Source: an uncultured Actinomycetes bacterium (GTDB lineage: Bacteria > Actinomycetota > Actinomycetes > Streptosporangiales > Streptosporangiaceae). From it: DNA of 64,000 bases. Shown in pieces: positions 1-9,218 of this stretch. The stretch spans positions 65,116 through 129,115 of the forward strand of contig CAVUNO010000007.1 in NCBI GenBank assembly GCA_963742875.1, in the 5' to 3' direction. The notes beneath the pieces are model-generated. The model was not told where the DNA came from and ran no database searches. It saw only the letters and a program-made list of their open reading frames with translations. Each line of letters starts with the position of its first letter. Position 1 is the first letter of the stretch. The translations under genes and the position numbers were made by a program.

Positions 1-1
1 C

Positions 2-565
2 TACGTGGGCCGCATCGACCACCAGAAAGGCGTCCATCTCATCCACCACGCCATTTTCTATGCCCTGGCCCAGGGCGCGCAATTCGTCTTGCTGGGTTCG
101 TGTCCCGACCCGGCCGTCAATGCTCACTTCTGGGACCTGAAGCGCCACCTGAATGACAACCCCGACTGTCACCTGGAAATCGGGTTCGAGGAAGGCCTGG
201 CCCACCTGATCTACGCCGGTGCCGACATGCTGGTGATGCCCAGCATGTTCGAGCCGTGCGGGCTGAGCCAGATGATGGCACTCAAGTACGGCACCGTCCC
301 CATCGTGCGGGCCGTCGGCGGCCTGGCGGACACGGTTTTCGACCGCGATTATTCCGCACGTCCCCCGGACGACCGGAACGGCTACGTGTTCCACCAGCCC
401 GACAACCCGGCGCTGGAATCCGCGATGGCGCGGGCCATCGGGCTCTGGTACTCCCACCCCGGCGACTTCCGCCAGCTCATACTGAACGGAATGCGGCAGG
501 ATCATTCCTGGACCTGGCCCGGCCAGCACTACGCGAACATCTATGACCATATCCGCCACGAATAG
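2..565 (+). CDS. glgA: glycogen/starch synthase (GT5, ADP-glucose type), C-terminal part; 5' end lies outside the window
   Basis: ORF 5..565 is open to the window edge. It carries the GT5 hallmark MPSMFEPCGLSQMMALKYGTVPIVRAVGGLADTV. Confidence 0.85.
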   Translation, partial: YVGRIDHQKGVHLIHHAIFYALAQGAQFVLLGSCPDPAVNAHFWDLKRHLNDNPDCHLEIGFEEGLAHLIYAGADMLVMPSMFEPCGLSQMMALKYGTVPIVRAVGGLADTVFDRDYSARPPDDRNGYVFHQPDNPALESAMARAIGLWYSHPGDFRQLILNGMRQDHSWTWPGQHYANIYDHIRHE

Positions 566-648
566 GATCCGCCCATGCCAGGCAAAGACATCCCAGGAGG
601 CTTATGCAAAACGCAGTTTGAAGAAATATAGGCCAATGGCAGCGGGGT

Positions 649-1228
649 TCAGCGGGGATGCCGGTCTTGGAGCGCGGCGATGAGCGCCAGGCGTACCTGT
701 TCGACGACCGTGCCGGGGCTCCGGGCCGTGAGCGAAGCTTCGGCGGCGGCGAGCCCGGCGGCGAGTGGACCGTCGTGGAAGACGCTGGCTACCCAGCAGG
801 AGAAATCGTGGCTGGGGCAGTGGTGGCGCAAGATGCCCTCGTCGCAGCGGGCGAGCTCGGCTTCTAGTTCGGCGAGGGTGGTGCCGCCAGGCCAGTACGG
901 CCCGCCCGCCCGGACCGTCGAGGAGCCGGGCGATCTCGGCGCGGGGCATGTCGGCCACCGCCGCGGTGAGGTCGACGAACGGGCTGGCGGGGTCCGGCGA
1001 GCCGAGGGTGACCACAGCGTCGAGGGAGGCAAGGGCGTCGGCTGACAGGTCCTCGGGCTGCCAGGTGACAAGCAGGTAACCCTTGGCGGCGGGGTTGAAC
1101 ATGGGGTGCGCTGACCCGTTCCGCCCGACGGGCCCGTGGGCTTCGTCAAGGGCCGGGAAGCTGATCTCCACGCCGCCCGGAGCCGCGGCGCTGTCCCTCG
1201 GCGACTTCATGATGGCCCACCGCCACAT
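649..1228 (-). pseudogene. frameshifted fragment of a conserved actinobacterial protein (C-terminal region seen in large HAD-type hydrolases)
   Basis: The N-terminal half reads in the frame of ORF 602..1228 (MKSPRDS...AEIARLLDGPGG). The C-terminal half continues in the frame of ORF 649..1149 (GGTTLAELEAELARCDEGILRHHCPSHDFSCWVASVFHDGPLAAGL). The switch is near 900-915. Confidence 0.4.
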
Positions 1229-1494
1229 GCGGGGGATCAGACGGCGCGCCGAAGCTCAGTGGCGCGCCATTGCCCGGCCCGGCGCGGGGCCCTCGCCGCC
1301 ATGACGGCGCGCTGCGGTCCGCCGCTGCCGCAGCCGCGGGCGGTTCGCTCCATCACACCCGGTTGCGAATTCCGCGTTGCTTGACGCGCCCGACCCTGCC
1401 GATATGCGCGGCTGCGAAGCGTGAACGCTCAGCTGCCATGGTCATGATTTTCATTCTGCCGCAGGCGGCCTGGCTCCCCGCTGACGACCGGTGG

Positions 1495-3035
1495 TTACCG
1501 GTGCCGGGTCGTTGCAGGTATCTGGCGGGTTAGCGGCCGGCTGCGTACCGAACGTTCCTCTTTGATCCCTTTCATCACCCGGAGGAGTCCCGTGAGGGCG
1601 GAGAGCCCGCCGATCCCGGCCAGCGCGCAGCTCATGTCCGGGCCGTAGAGGAACAGCCCCTTCCAGTTCACCTTGAACACCGCCGTCGGCACTACGGCTG
1701 CGGCCGCCGGGATACCGAACTCCCACAGCAGCGGCAGGGCCCGGCGGCGGCCCTGCGCCGGGCCGGCGGGCTGCCGGGCAAGCCGCGCCAGCGACCAGCC
1801 CTCGGCGGCCAGGGCGGCTGCCGCGGCGGCGTCGAACCCGGCGTAGAAGGCGCCGATACCGGTGTCTCTGACTGTCCCGCCGGCCACCATCCCGGTCACG
1901 CTTTGCTCGATCGCCAGCAGCCCGGGCAGCGCGCCGCCGTGGGTGCCGACGTTGAACAGCACGATGACGCCCCAGTTCCCCTGGGGTACCAGGGCCATGC
2001 CAGCATGAGCGCCGGGTTCGTCGCCGGGATGGTAGGACGCGTCCACCCCGCCCCATGGCCCGGTAAACCAGCCCATGCCGTAGCCTGCGCCGGCGAATGC
2101 GCCTCGTTTCTGCCGCGGGCCCGGCCGCATCATCCCGGCGATCCCGGCCGGGGAGAGCACCACCTGGCCGTGATAGCGGCCCCCGCCCTGGTACATGGCC
2201 AGATAGCGGCTCATGTCCTCGGCGGTGGAGATGATGCCGCCGGCCGGAACCGTGCCGCCGTGCCCGGGCGCGTCGAAGGCGAGCGGGAACCCGAACCAGT
2301 ACCGGTACCCGGACGCGAGCCCGGCGCGCCTGGCGTCCTCGATGGCGGTGTAGGTGTGGTGCATGTTCAGCGGCTCGAAGATGTGCCTCTTCAGGTAGGC
2401 CTCGAATGGTTCCCCGGCCGTCATCTCCACGACCAGCCCCAGCGTCGTGTAGTTGAGGTTGGAGTACTCAAACGCCGCGCCGGGGGGCCGGGCCAGCCCG
2501 GTCGTGGCCAGCGCCCGGACGGCGGGTTCCAGCGGGTGCATCCCGCCGCCAGGGCCCCGCGGCCAGCGCGCTCGGTCAGGCCGCTGGTCTGATTCAGCAG
2601 GTGACGGACGGTGATCAGCGCGAACGCCTCCGGATCAGCCACCCGGAACCACGGTATGCAGCGCTGGACCGGCGCATCTAGATCGACCTTCCCGGCCTCG
2701 GCCAGCTGCATGACCGCCAGGGCGGTGAAGGACTTGGAGTTCGACCCGATGAAGAACGGCGTCTGCGGCGTGAACGCCCGCCCGGAATCATCAGCCCGGC
2801 CGAAGCCTCGCAGGTGCACAAGGTGGCCATCGTGGACGATCCCGAGCGCCAGGCCCGGGATCCGAGCATCTTTCATCTGCCTGCGGATATACGCGTCGAT
2901 CGCGGTGAAGCCAGGTGCGGGCGCCTCACTGGCGGGAAGACCGGCCACCGCTGCATGCCGTCCCAGCCGCGTCCGCAGGCCCTTCCCGGCGCGATGATGA
3001 CTCCTGCTCCGCATCGTTACCGCCTCCAGGGACAC
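1495..3035 (-). pseudogene. beta-lactamase-fold serine hydrolase, split by an apparent frameshift
   Basis: ORF 2421..3035 has the SxxK motif (FIGSNSKSFTALAVMQL...LLNQTSGL). The family continues in ORF 1495..2541 (FEYSNLNYTTLGLVVE...). The frame changes around 2545-2590. The C-terminus looks hydrophobic and membrane-associated. Confidence 0.65.
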
Positions 3036-3638
3036 GTGCTGACCAGGGTGCGCCGAGATGACGGCCGCCCGGCAGGGCCCAAGGGTCTTGCCACGCGGTC
3101 ATTAGTCCCTCACCCCTCCATCCGTCGCTGCGCACAGCCGAGGCGCGCTGCCTCCAGAAATTGACGTCGCCGACCCGCTCAGGTGCGCGCCGACGGGCAG
3201 GGGAGCGCGCCGTAATGGTCGATCTGCGCATAGATGCCTGCCCAGTTGGACCAAGTTTCACGCGTGCAGAATCGGATCTGCATGAACGCGGATGGCGAAC
3301 GCTTACGCTTCGTGACAGCCGCTGCACGACTTGACGGCTATCACCGGACGGTCCCGATTGCCGCCATGTTCACGGAACTGTCGCCGAGCCGGTGAGAGAG
3401 CATTCCGGTTGGATGAACGGGCAACACTCAGTGCCAACCATCGTGGCCAGGGTTCCAACTAACGCGTCCCCGCTCAGTGCAGAGGAGTTCAGACATCTGC
3501 GCAGGCGACTTCGGACATCGACAGCGGGCGTTGTGCTGTAATTTGGGTTGAACTGCAGATCTTTGCATGCAGCGGGATAGGCGATGATCGGCGGGGGAGC
3601 CGCGCAGGACGCCGGGGCCTGTACAAAGCTCATCCGGG

Positions 3639-4082
3639 TCAGGGCGGCTTGATGACTTCGGTCTGCCCGGTTTCCCTGTTCCGCCTTTCTATGTCCGCGA
3701 TTAGTGCGCGTACGCGCTGGCTGATCTCGCGGCGGATAGGCCTGACATCTTCGACCGCGAGTCCTGCGGGGTCTGGGAGGTCCCAATTCAGGTAACGCTT
3801 CCCCGCATAAACCGGGCACGCGTCCCCGCAGCCCATGGTGATCACGATGTCCGCCGCCTCCACCTTGTCGGCGGTCAGCGGCTTGGGGAACTCGCGGGAG
3901 ATGTCGAGACCGATCTCGGCCATAACCTGGACGACTGCCGGGTTGAGCTGGCTTGCGGGCTGCGATCCGGCGGATGTAACCCGCAAGCGTCCGCCCGCCT
4001 CGTGGTCGAGCAGGGCAGCGGCCATCTGCGACCGGCCCGCGTTGTGGGTGCAGATGAACAGCACTTCGGGCATGTCAGCCAT
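3639..4082 (-). CDS. arsC: arsenate reductase, LMW-PTPase type (ArsC)
   Basis: CX5R(S) P-loop in VLFICTHNAGRSQMAAALL, plus ITMGCGDACP. Length is 147 aa. Composition is lower in GC than the flanks. Confidence 0.9.
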   Translation of the reverse strand: MADMPEVLFICTHNAGRSQMAAALLDHEAGGRLRVTSAGSQPASQLNPAVVQVMAEIGLDISREFPKPLTADKVEAADIVITMGCGDACPVYAGKRYLNWDLPDPAGLAVEDVRPIRREISQRVRALIADIERRNRETGQTEVIKPP

Positions 4083-4832
4083 TGGCGGGCCTCAAGACGG
4101 ATGATCGCGGAGTGAATGCCAGGCGTCCGGTCGATCGTATCGGCGTCTCCGACGCGGTAGGAGCGGTAGGAGAGGGCCACCTGCCCGCTGATGACGTGGT
4201 GTTGCTGACCCCTACGCTGGGCGCATTACTGGTGGCCGAGTCCTGCGCGCCCGAGCCGGTACCACAGCACGACCCCAGCCGCTGAGCTTCAGCAGCAGCC
4301 GCGAGACGACGCATCAGCCGTTGGCTCCAGGACTCCTGCGCGCTGCTTGTGCGTTCCGGGCCCCGCAGCTCCTCGCGCAGGCCGGTGCTCGTTCGTCGCT
4401 CATCACGATCACTCCGAGGCATAGATGCCTGTGGGTCCCAATTCTGCCTCGCAGATATAGGCAGATGTCAATGGCTGGACCATAGTGGTCAAAGACACGC
4501 TTCCGTCATGACATCCTCCAAACGCTTGGATCAGATGGGTGCCGCGCCGGCGTGATCAACCCGCCCGGTGCGCCGCGGCTCGTCGGGACCGCCCCCGGAG
4601 CTGTGGGTGGTCGCCACGGTGCTCGGGACCCTCCTCGCCGTGGCCGGGCTCACTGCCGTCCCGGCGCTGATTGGCGCCCGCATCCCGGCGCCGCGGGTCG
4701 TCCAGTCCGAAACGGCGTGATCCTGGGCGGGCGGAACCGCGGGCAGGGGAGCGGCGTCCAATCTCAGCACGGCCAGTCAGGGGAACTTCGGTAAGTGCCC
4801 ATGGCCGGGAACCGGGAAACGGAGAAAACACG

Positions 4833-5441
4833 ATGCTCGTGCCGCGCAGGCGCACGTCACCCGGGGACAGGCGGCGAGTGGTGCGCCTGGCCGCCACCGG
4901 CGTCCCCGCCGCAGCCCTGGCCGCGGTCAGCGTCGCCGCGGTCGTGGCCTGCGGGAGCGGTGGTTCCGCTGCGCCTGCGGGCCATACCGCCTCGCCCAAT
5001 TCATCCGCGAGCAGCGGGAATGTGGCCGCCGGCGGCTCGGGGCTGTGCGGGGCGGCCACGCAGGTCGACAGCCTGACCGTGCAGCGGACGAACGCTTTGC
5101 CGGGCAACCACCCACGATTCATCTTCCCGGCCACGGAGCAGGTGAACAACGCCCCTGAAGCGCGGTCGGTCGCGCAGAGCCTGTGTGCGCTGCAGCCCGT
5201 CCCGCACATGCAGATCGCCTGTCCCGCCGACTTCGGTATCACCTACAAGCTCACGTTCGCGGCCGGCCCGCACCGCTTCGCCCCGGTCACGCTGAACGCG
5301 GCCGGGTGTGAGCTGGTGCACGGCCTGGGTGCGGCGCGCCACATCACCACGTCGAACGTCGTGTGGCGGCGGCTCGGGGTGGCGATCGGCATCCCCCATC
5401 CCAGCCAGGCGGCGTTCGCCGGGACGGGCGCGAGCTCCTGA
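4833..5441 (+). CDS. putative secreted lipoprotein, function unknown
   Basis: ATG at 4833 follows GGAGA. The signal peptide ends in a lipobox-like AVVACGS. The longer ORF from 4671 is Arg/Pro-rich and unlikely to be translated. Confidence 0.5.
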   Translation: MLVPRRRTSPGDRRRVVRLAATGVPAAALAAVSVAAVVACGSGGSAAPAGHTASPNSSASSGNVAAGGSGLCGAATQVDSLTVQRTNALPGNHPRFIFPATEQVNNAPEARSVAQSLCALQPVPHMQIACPADFGITYKLTFAAGPHRFAPVTLNAAGCELVHGLGAARHITTSNVVWRRLGVAIGIPHPSQAAFAGTGASS

Positions 5442-5451
5442 CCGGCCGGGC

Positions 5452-6297
5452 TCAGGCCAGCCGGGTGACCTCGACGGTCACTTCCATCGCGACGCTGGGC
5501 GCGCCGCTGTAAATGCCCTTGAGCGGGGAAACGTCGGCGTAGTCACGCCCGCGGCCGAGGACTACGTGCCGCTCGCCGACCGGCGCCAGGCTGGTCGGGT
5601 CGCACGGGACCCATTCACCGGTCCAGTACTCGGCCCACGCGTGGCTCTGCCCGGCGACCGCGTGCCCCGGCGCCGCCCTGGGGTCGGGGTGCAGGTACCC
5701 GGAGACGTACCGCGCCGGGAGCCCCGCGGCCCGCAGCAGCGCCACACTGACATGCGCCATGTCCTGGCAGACGCCCGACCGGGCGTCCCACGCCTCCTGC
5801 GCGCTCGTCTGCACCCCGGTCGAGCCCGGCTGGTAGGAGACCCGGCTGTTGACCAGCTTGATGATCTCGCGGGCCGCCTCGTCCGGTTCCGCGCCGACGA
5901 CCCACCCGCTGACCTCGGCGGCCACCTTGGGCTTGATCGTGGTGCGCGGGGTCTCAGCCAGGAATTCGAGGACGTAGCTGTCGGCCGCCTGCCCGCGGAG
6001 CTCGGCCCAGGGCAGCGCCGGTTTGGCCTCCTGCGGGGCACTGGTCTGGACGGTCGCGCTGGCCTGCACCAGCAGCTCGTGGTGCGGCTGCTGGATGTCG
6101 AAGGAGCTGACGGTCGTGCCCCAGTAGTCGCGGTAGGTCCAGATCGGCGCGTTCGACCCGGTGCGGACCTTGGTCGCGAGCGCGGTCTGCCGGGCCATAT
6201 CCGGCGGGGTCATCCGGGCCTCGTTGTAGGAGGCGCGCGCCGTGCCGCTGTAGCTGACCCGCGTGGTGTGCACGATCCCGATCCGCCAGCCCGTCAT
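5452..6297 (-). CDS. transglutaminase-like cysteine protease family protein
   Basis: Transglutaminase core GVCQDMAHVSVALLRAAGLPARYVSGY...HAWAEYW. The start overlaps the upstream stop (ATGA at 6294-6297). Confidence 0.85.
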   Translation of the reverse strand: MTGWRIGIVHTTRVSYSGTARASYNEARMTPPDMARQTALATKVRTGSNAPIWTYRDYWGTTVSSFDIQQPHHELLVQASATVQTSAPQEAKPALPWAELRGQAADSYVLEFLAETPRTTIKPKVAAEVSGWVVGAEPDEAAREIIKLVNSRVSYQPGSTGVQTSAQEAWDARSGVCQDMAHVSVALLRAAGLPARYVSGYLHPDPRAAPGHAVAGQSHAWAEYWTGEWVPCDPTSLAPVGERHVVLGRGRDYADVSPLKGIYSGAPSVAMEVTVEVTRLA

Positions 6298-7250
6298 AAG
6301 CCCTCCTGCGCCCATGCCACCGGGGCGGAGTAGGAGAAGTAGCGCTTGGCGATCGCCCTGTTGGCTTGCACGCACGCGGCCTGCAGCGAGCTGACCAGCT
6401 CGGGCATATCGGCCTCGAGCTGCTTGGGGTCGGTGTACTCGAGCCGCGTCCGCAGCTGCCCGATCGGCCGCCGGGCCAGGTCACCCATACCGGAACGGAC
6501 CGCATCGTCGGGATCCAGCGCCAGCAGGCACTGCTCGGCGGTGGACAGGGCGTGCAGCACCGACCTCGGGAACAGCCGGTCGAGCATCAGGAACTCGGCG
6601 ACGTCGGCCGGCTCGCTGGCCCATCCGTGGGTCCGGATGAACGATTCGTGCGCCCCGCAGGCCCGCAGTACCGTGAGCCAGCCGAGCTGGTGCCGCGACC
6701 CGGACATTCGCGCCAGCAGCAGGCGCGCGGTCATGTCGACCCGCTCCAGGCTCCGGCCCAGGATGAGGAACCGCCATGCCTCGTCGTGGCTCATGGTGGA
6801 GTCGGCCAGGCCGAAGAACAGCGCCGCTCGCTCGCGGACGAACCGGAAGAAGATGTGCGGGCCGAGCCGCTCAGCGGATCGCCGGTGCGAGTTCAGGCCG
6901 AGACCGGTGACGTTCAGGCATTCCCACATCTCGCTCGAGACGACGTCCCGCACGCTGCGCACGCCCGCCCGGGCGGCCAGGATCGCACCCGCGATCGCGC
7001 TCGGGTTCCTCGGGTCGTAGGCCAGCCGGGACAGCGCCATACCGATGTCCATTGCGCGGTCGTCGGTCGCGGGCACACCGAGGATGGCCAGCATGGCGCG
7101 GCAGTCGGAATCCTCGTCCACCTCGGGGTCTTCGAGCATGTGGTGCACGTACACGTCCAGGGTGCGCGCCGTGTCGTCGGCCCGCTCCACGTAGCGGCCG
7201 GTCCAGTACAGCGTCTCCGCGATCCGGCTGAGCAGCCCGTCGTCACTCAT
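6294..7250 (-). CDS. alpha-E domain protein
   Basis: N-terminus LSRIAETLYWTGRYVERADDTARTLDV is typical of the alpha-E family. It is translationally coupled to both neighbours. Confidence 0.85.
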   Translation of the reverse strand: MSDDGLLSRIAETLYWTGRYVERADDTARTLDVYVHHMLEDPEVDEDSDCRAMLAILGVPATDDRAMDIGMALSRLAYDPRNPSAIAGAILAARAGVRSVRDVVSSEMWECLNVTGLGLNSHRRSAERLGPHIFFRFVRERAALFFGLADSTMSHDEAWRFLILGRSLERVDMTARLLLARMSGSRHQLGWLTVLRACGAHESFIRTHGWASEPADVAEFLMLDRLFPRSVLHALSTAEQCLLALDPDDAVRSGMGDLARRPIGQLRTRLEYTDPKQLEADMPELVSSLQAACVQANRAIAKRYFSYSAPVAWAQEGL

Positions 7251-8785
7251 TGGTCCTGGTCCTGGTACGGATCGCTCTGGCGGTCGAGAAGCATGCCGCT
7301 GGGGGCGACGGCGGCGGGAGTGAAGCCGGGCGCGTCGGTCCGTTCGGTGACCTGTCCGTCGGACATCACCCAGGTGTCCTTGGAGCCGCCGCCCTGGCTG
7401 GAGTTCACCACGAGCGCTCCCTGCGGCAGTGCCACCCGGGTCAGGCCGCCGGGCAGCAGCCAGACATCGTTGCCGTCGTTCACGGCGAACGGCCGCAGGT
7501 CGATGTGGCGGGGCTCGAGCCGTTCCCCGATCAGCACCGGTGACGTGGACAGGCTCACCGGCCGCTGCGCGATCCAGCCGCGGGGGTCGGCCGCCACCGT
7601 GCCGTGCAGCTCGGTAAGGGTCTGCTCGTCGGCGTGCGGCCCGATGACGATGCCCTTGCCGCCCGCCCCGTCCACCGGCTTGAGCACGAGATTCCCCAGC
7701 TCGCCCAGGACCCAGGTGCGCACGTCCGGGTCGTCCAGCCGGTAGGACTCGACGTTGGGCAGCACCGGCTCCTCGCTGAAGTAGTAGCGGATCAGGTCGG
7801 GCACGTAGGTGTAGATGAGCTTGTCGTCGGCCACGCCGTTGCCGACCCCGTTGGCGATTGTCACGTGCCCGGACCGCGCGGCGTTGATGAGGCCGGCGCA
7901 GCCGATGACCGAATCAGGCCGGAACAGAACCGGGTCCAGGAAGTTGTCGTCGATGCGGCGGTAGATCACGTCGACTGGGCGCCGCCCGTGCGTGGTGCGC
8001 AGGTACACCCGGTTGCCCGTGCAGAACAGGTCGCGTCCCTCGACCAGTTCGGCCCCCATGAGCCGGGCCAGCAGGGCGTGCTCAAAGTAGGCCGCGTTGT
8101 TGACGCCGGGAGTGAGGACGACGACCACGGGATCGTGGGCACTTTCCGGGGCGGCCGCACGGAGCGCGGCGAGCAGCCGCGCCGGGTATTCGTCCACCGG
8201 GGTCACCCGCTGCTCGGCGAATAGCCGGGGGAACGTCCGCGTCATGGCCAGCCGGTTCTCGATCACGTAGCTGACCCCGGACGGGACCCGGACGTTGTCC
8301 TCCAGGACCCGCAGCGCCCCGTATTCGTCCCGGATCAGGTCGATGCCCGCGACCTGCACCCGGACGCCGTTCGGGGGGACCAGCCCGGTCACTTCGCGGT
8401 GGAAGCCGGAGGAGGTGAACAGCACCCGCCACGGGACGATTCCGTCGGCGAAAACCTGCCGGCCGGAGTAGACGTCGGCGAGGAACGCCTCCAGCACGCG
8501 GACCCGCTGCCGGACGCCGCGCACGATCAGGTCCCATTCCATGGCGTCGATGACCCGGGGGACCAGGTCGAGCGGGAACGGCCGTTCCTCCCCGCCCAGG
8601 TCGAAGGTGACGCCGCGGTCGGTGAACACCCGCGCGAGCTGATCGGCGCGGAAGCGCAGTTCCGACGGGTCCATCGGCTGCAGGGCACTGATCAGCCCGT
8701 CGTAAGCCGCGCGCGGCTCCCCGGGTCCCGAGAACATTTCGTCCCAGGCCTCCGCGGGCTGATACCCGTCGAAGATGTCCGCCAC
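7247..8785 (-). CDS. circularly permuted type-2 ATP-grasp protein
   Basis: 512 aa. Contains ...ERPFPLDLVPRVIDAMEWDLIVRGVRQRVRVLEAFLADVY... and SQGGGSKDTWV, typical of the family that precedes alpha-E and transglutaminase genes. Confidence 0.85.
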   Translation of the reverse strand: MADIFDGYQPAEAWDEMFSGPGEPRAAYDGLISALQPMDPSELRFRADQLARVFTDRGVTFDLGGEERPFPLDLVPRVIDAMEWDLIVRGVRQRVRVLEAFLADVYSGRQVFADGIVPWRVLFTSSGFHREVTGLVPPNGVRVQVAGIDLIRDEYGALRVLEDNVRVPSGVSYVIENRLAMTRTFPRLFAEQRVTPVDEYPARLLAALRAAAPESAHDPVVVVLTPGVNNAAYFEHALLARLMGAELVEGRDLFCTGNRVYLRTTHGRRPVDVIYRRIDDNFLDPVLFRPDSVIGCAGLINAARSGHVTIANGVGNGVADDKLIYTYVPDLIRYYFSEEPVLPNVESYRLDDPDVRTWVLGELGNLVLKPVDGAGGKGIVIGPHADEQTLTELHGTVAADPRGWIAQRPVSLSTSPVLIGERLEPRHIDLRPFAVNDGNDVWLLPGGLTRVALPQGALVVNSSQGGGSKDTWVMSDGQVTERTDAPGFTPAAVAPSGMLLDRQSDPYQDQDQ

Positions 8786-8984
8786 GCCCCCAAACGTACT
8801 GTTCGGATGTTCCGCGTTGATTACGGGGGATAGCGGAACTGTTTCGCCGGCGTTTCGTTGCGGGGCAGCTGACTGCGGTGTTTGCCCAGCCGGGGAGCGC
8901 GGATGCCCAAGGCGGAACTAGCCGAGGTGATCGCCCGCAGGCCGGACCGACGCCCGCAAGCAGGACCAACGCCCGCAGGCTGGA

Positions 8985-9209
8985 CTAGCCGCAGCCGCAG
9001 GCGCCGCCGCCGCAGCAGCCGCCCCCGGAGGCGCCCGGTGAGGCGGGTCCCGCGCTGGCGCTCCGGCCGCCCACGGCGACGGTGGACAGGAGCTTGACCG
9101 TGTCGTCGTGTCCGGCCGGGCAGGAACACGGTGCCGAGGACTCGCTCATCGGGCGGGTCACCTCGAACGTGGAACCGCAGGCGCGGCAGCGGTACTCATA
9201 GCGCGGCAT
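8985..9209 (-). CDS. FmdB-family zinc-ribbon protein
   Basis: MPRYEYRCRACGSTFEV...CPAGH followed by a Gly/Cys-rich tail. This is the CxxC...CxxxH zinc-ribbon pattern. Confidence 0.8.
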   Translation of the reverse strand: MPRYEYRCRACGSTFEVTRPMSESSAPCSCPAGHDDTVKLLSTVAVGGRSASAGPASPGASGGGCCGGGACGCG

Positions 9210-9218
9210 AACGAAAGC

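Noticed and set aside
4075-4422. 115-aa ORF upstream of arsC as ArsR or an arsenite transporter
   Set aside because: No winged-HTH or ELCVCDL-type motif and no TM segments appear in any frame. The translation is Ser/Thr/Arg-rich. At most it is an unrecognisable remnant.
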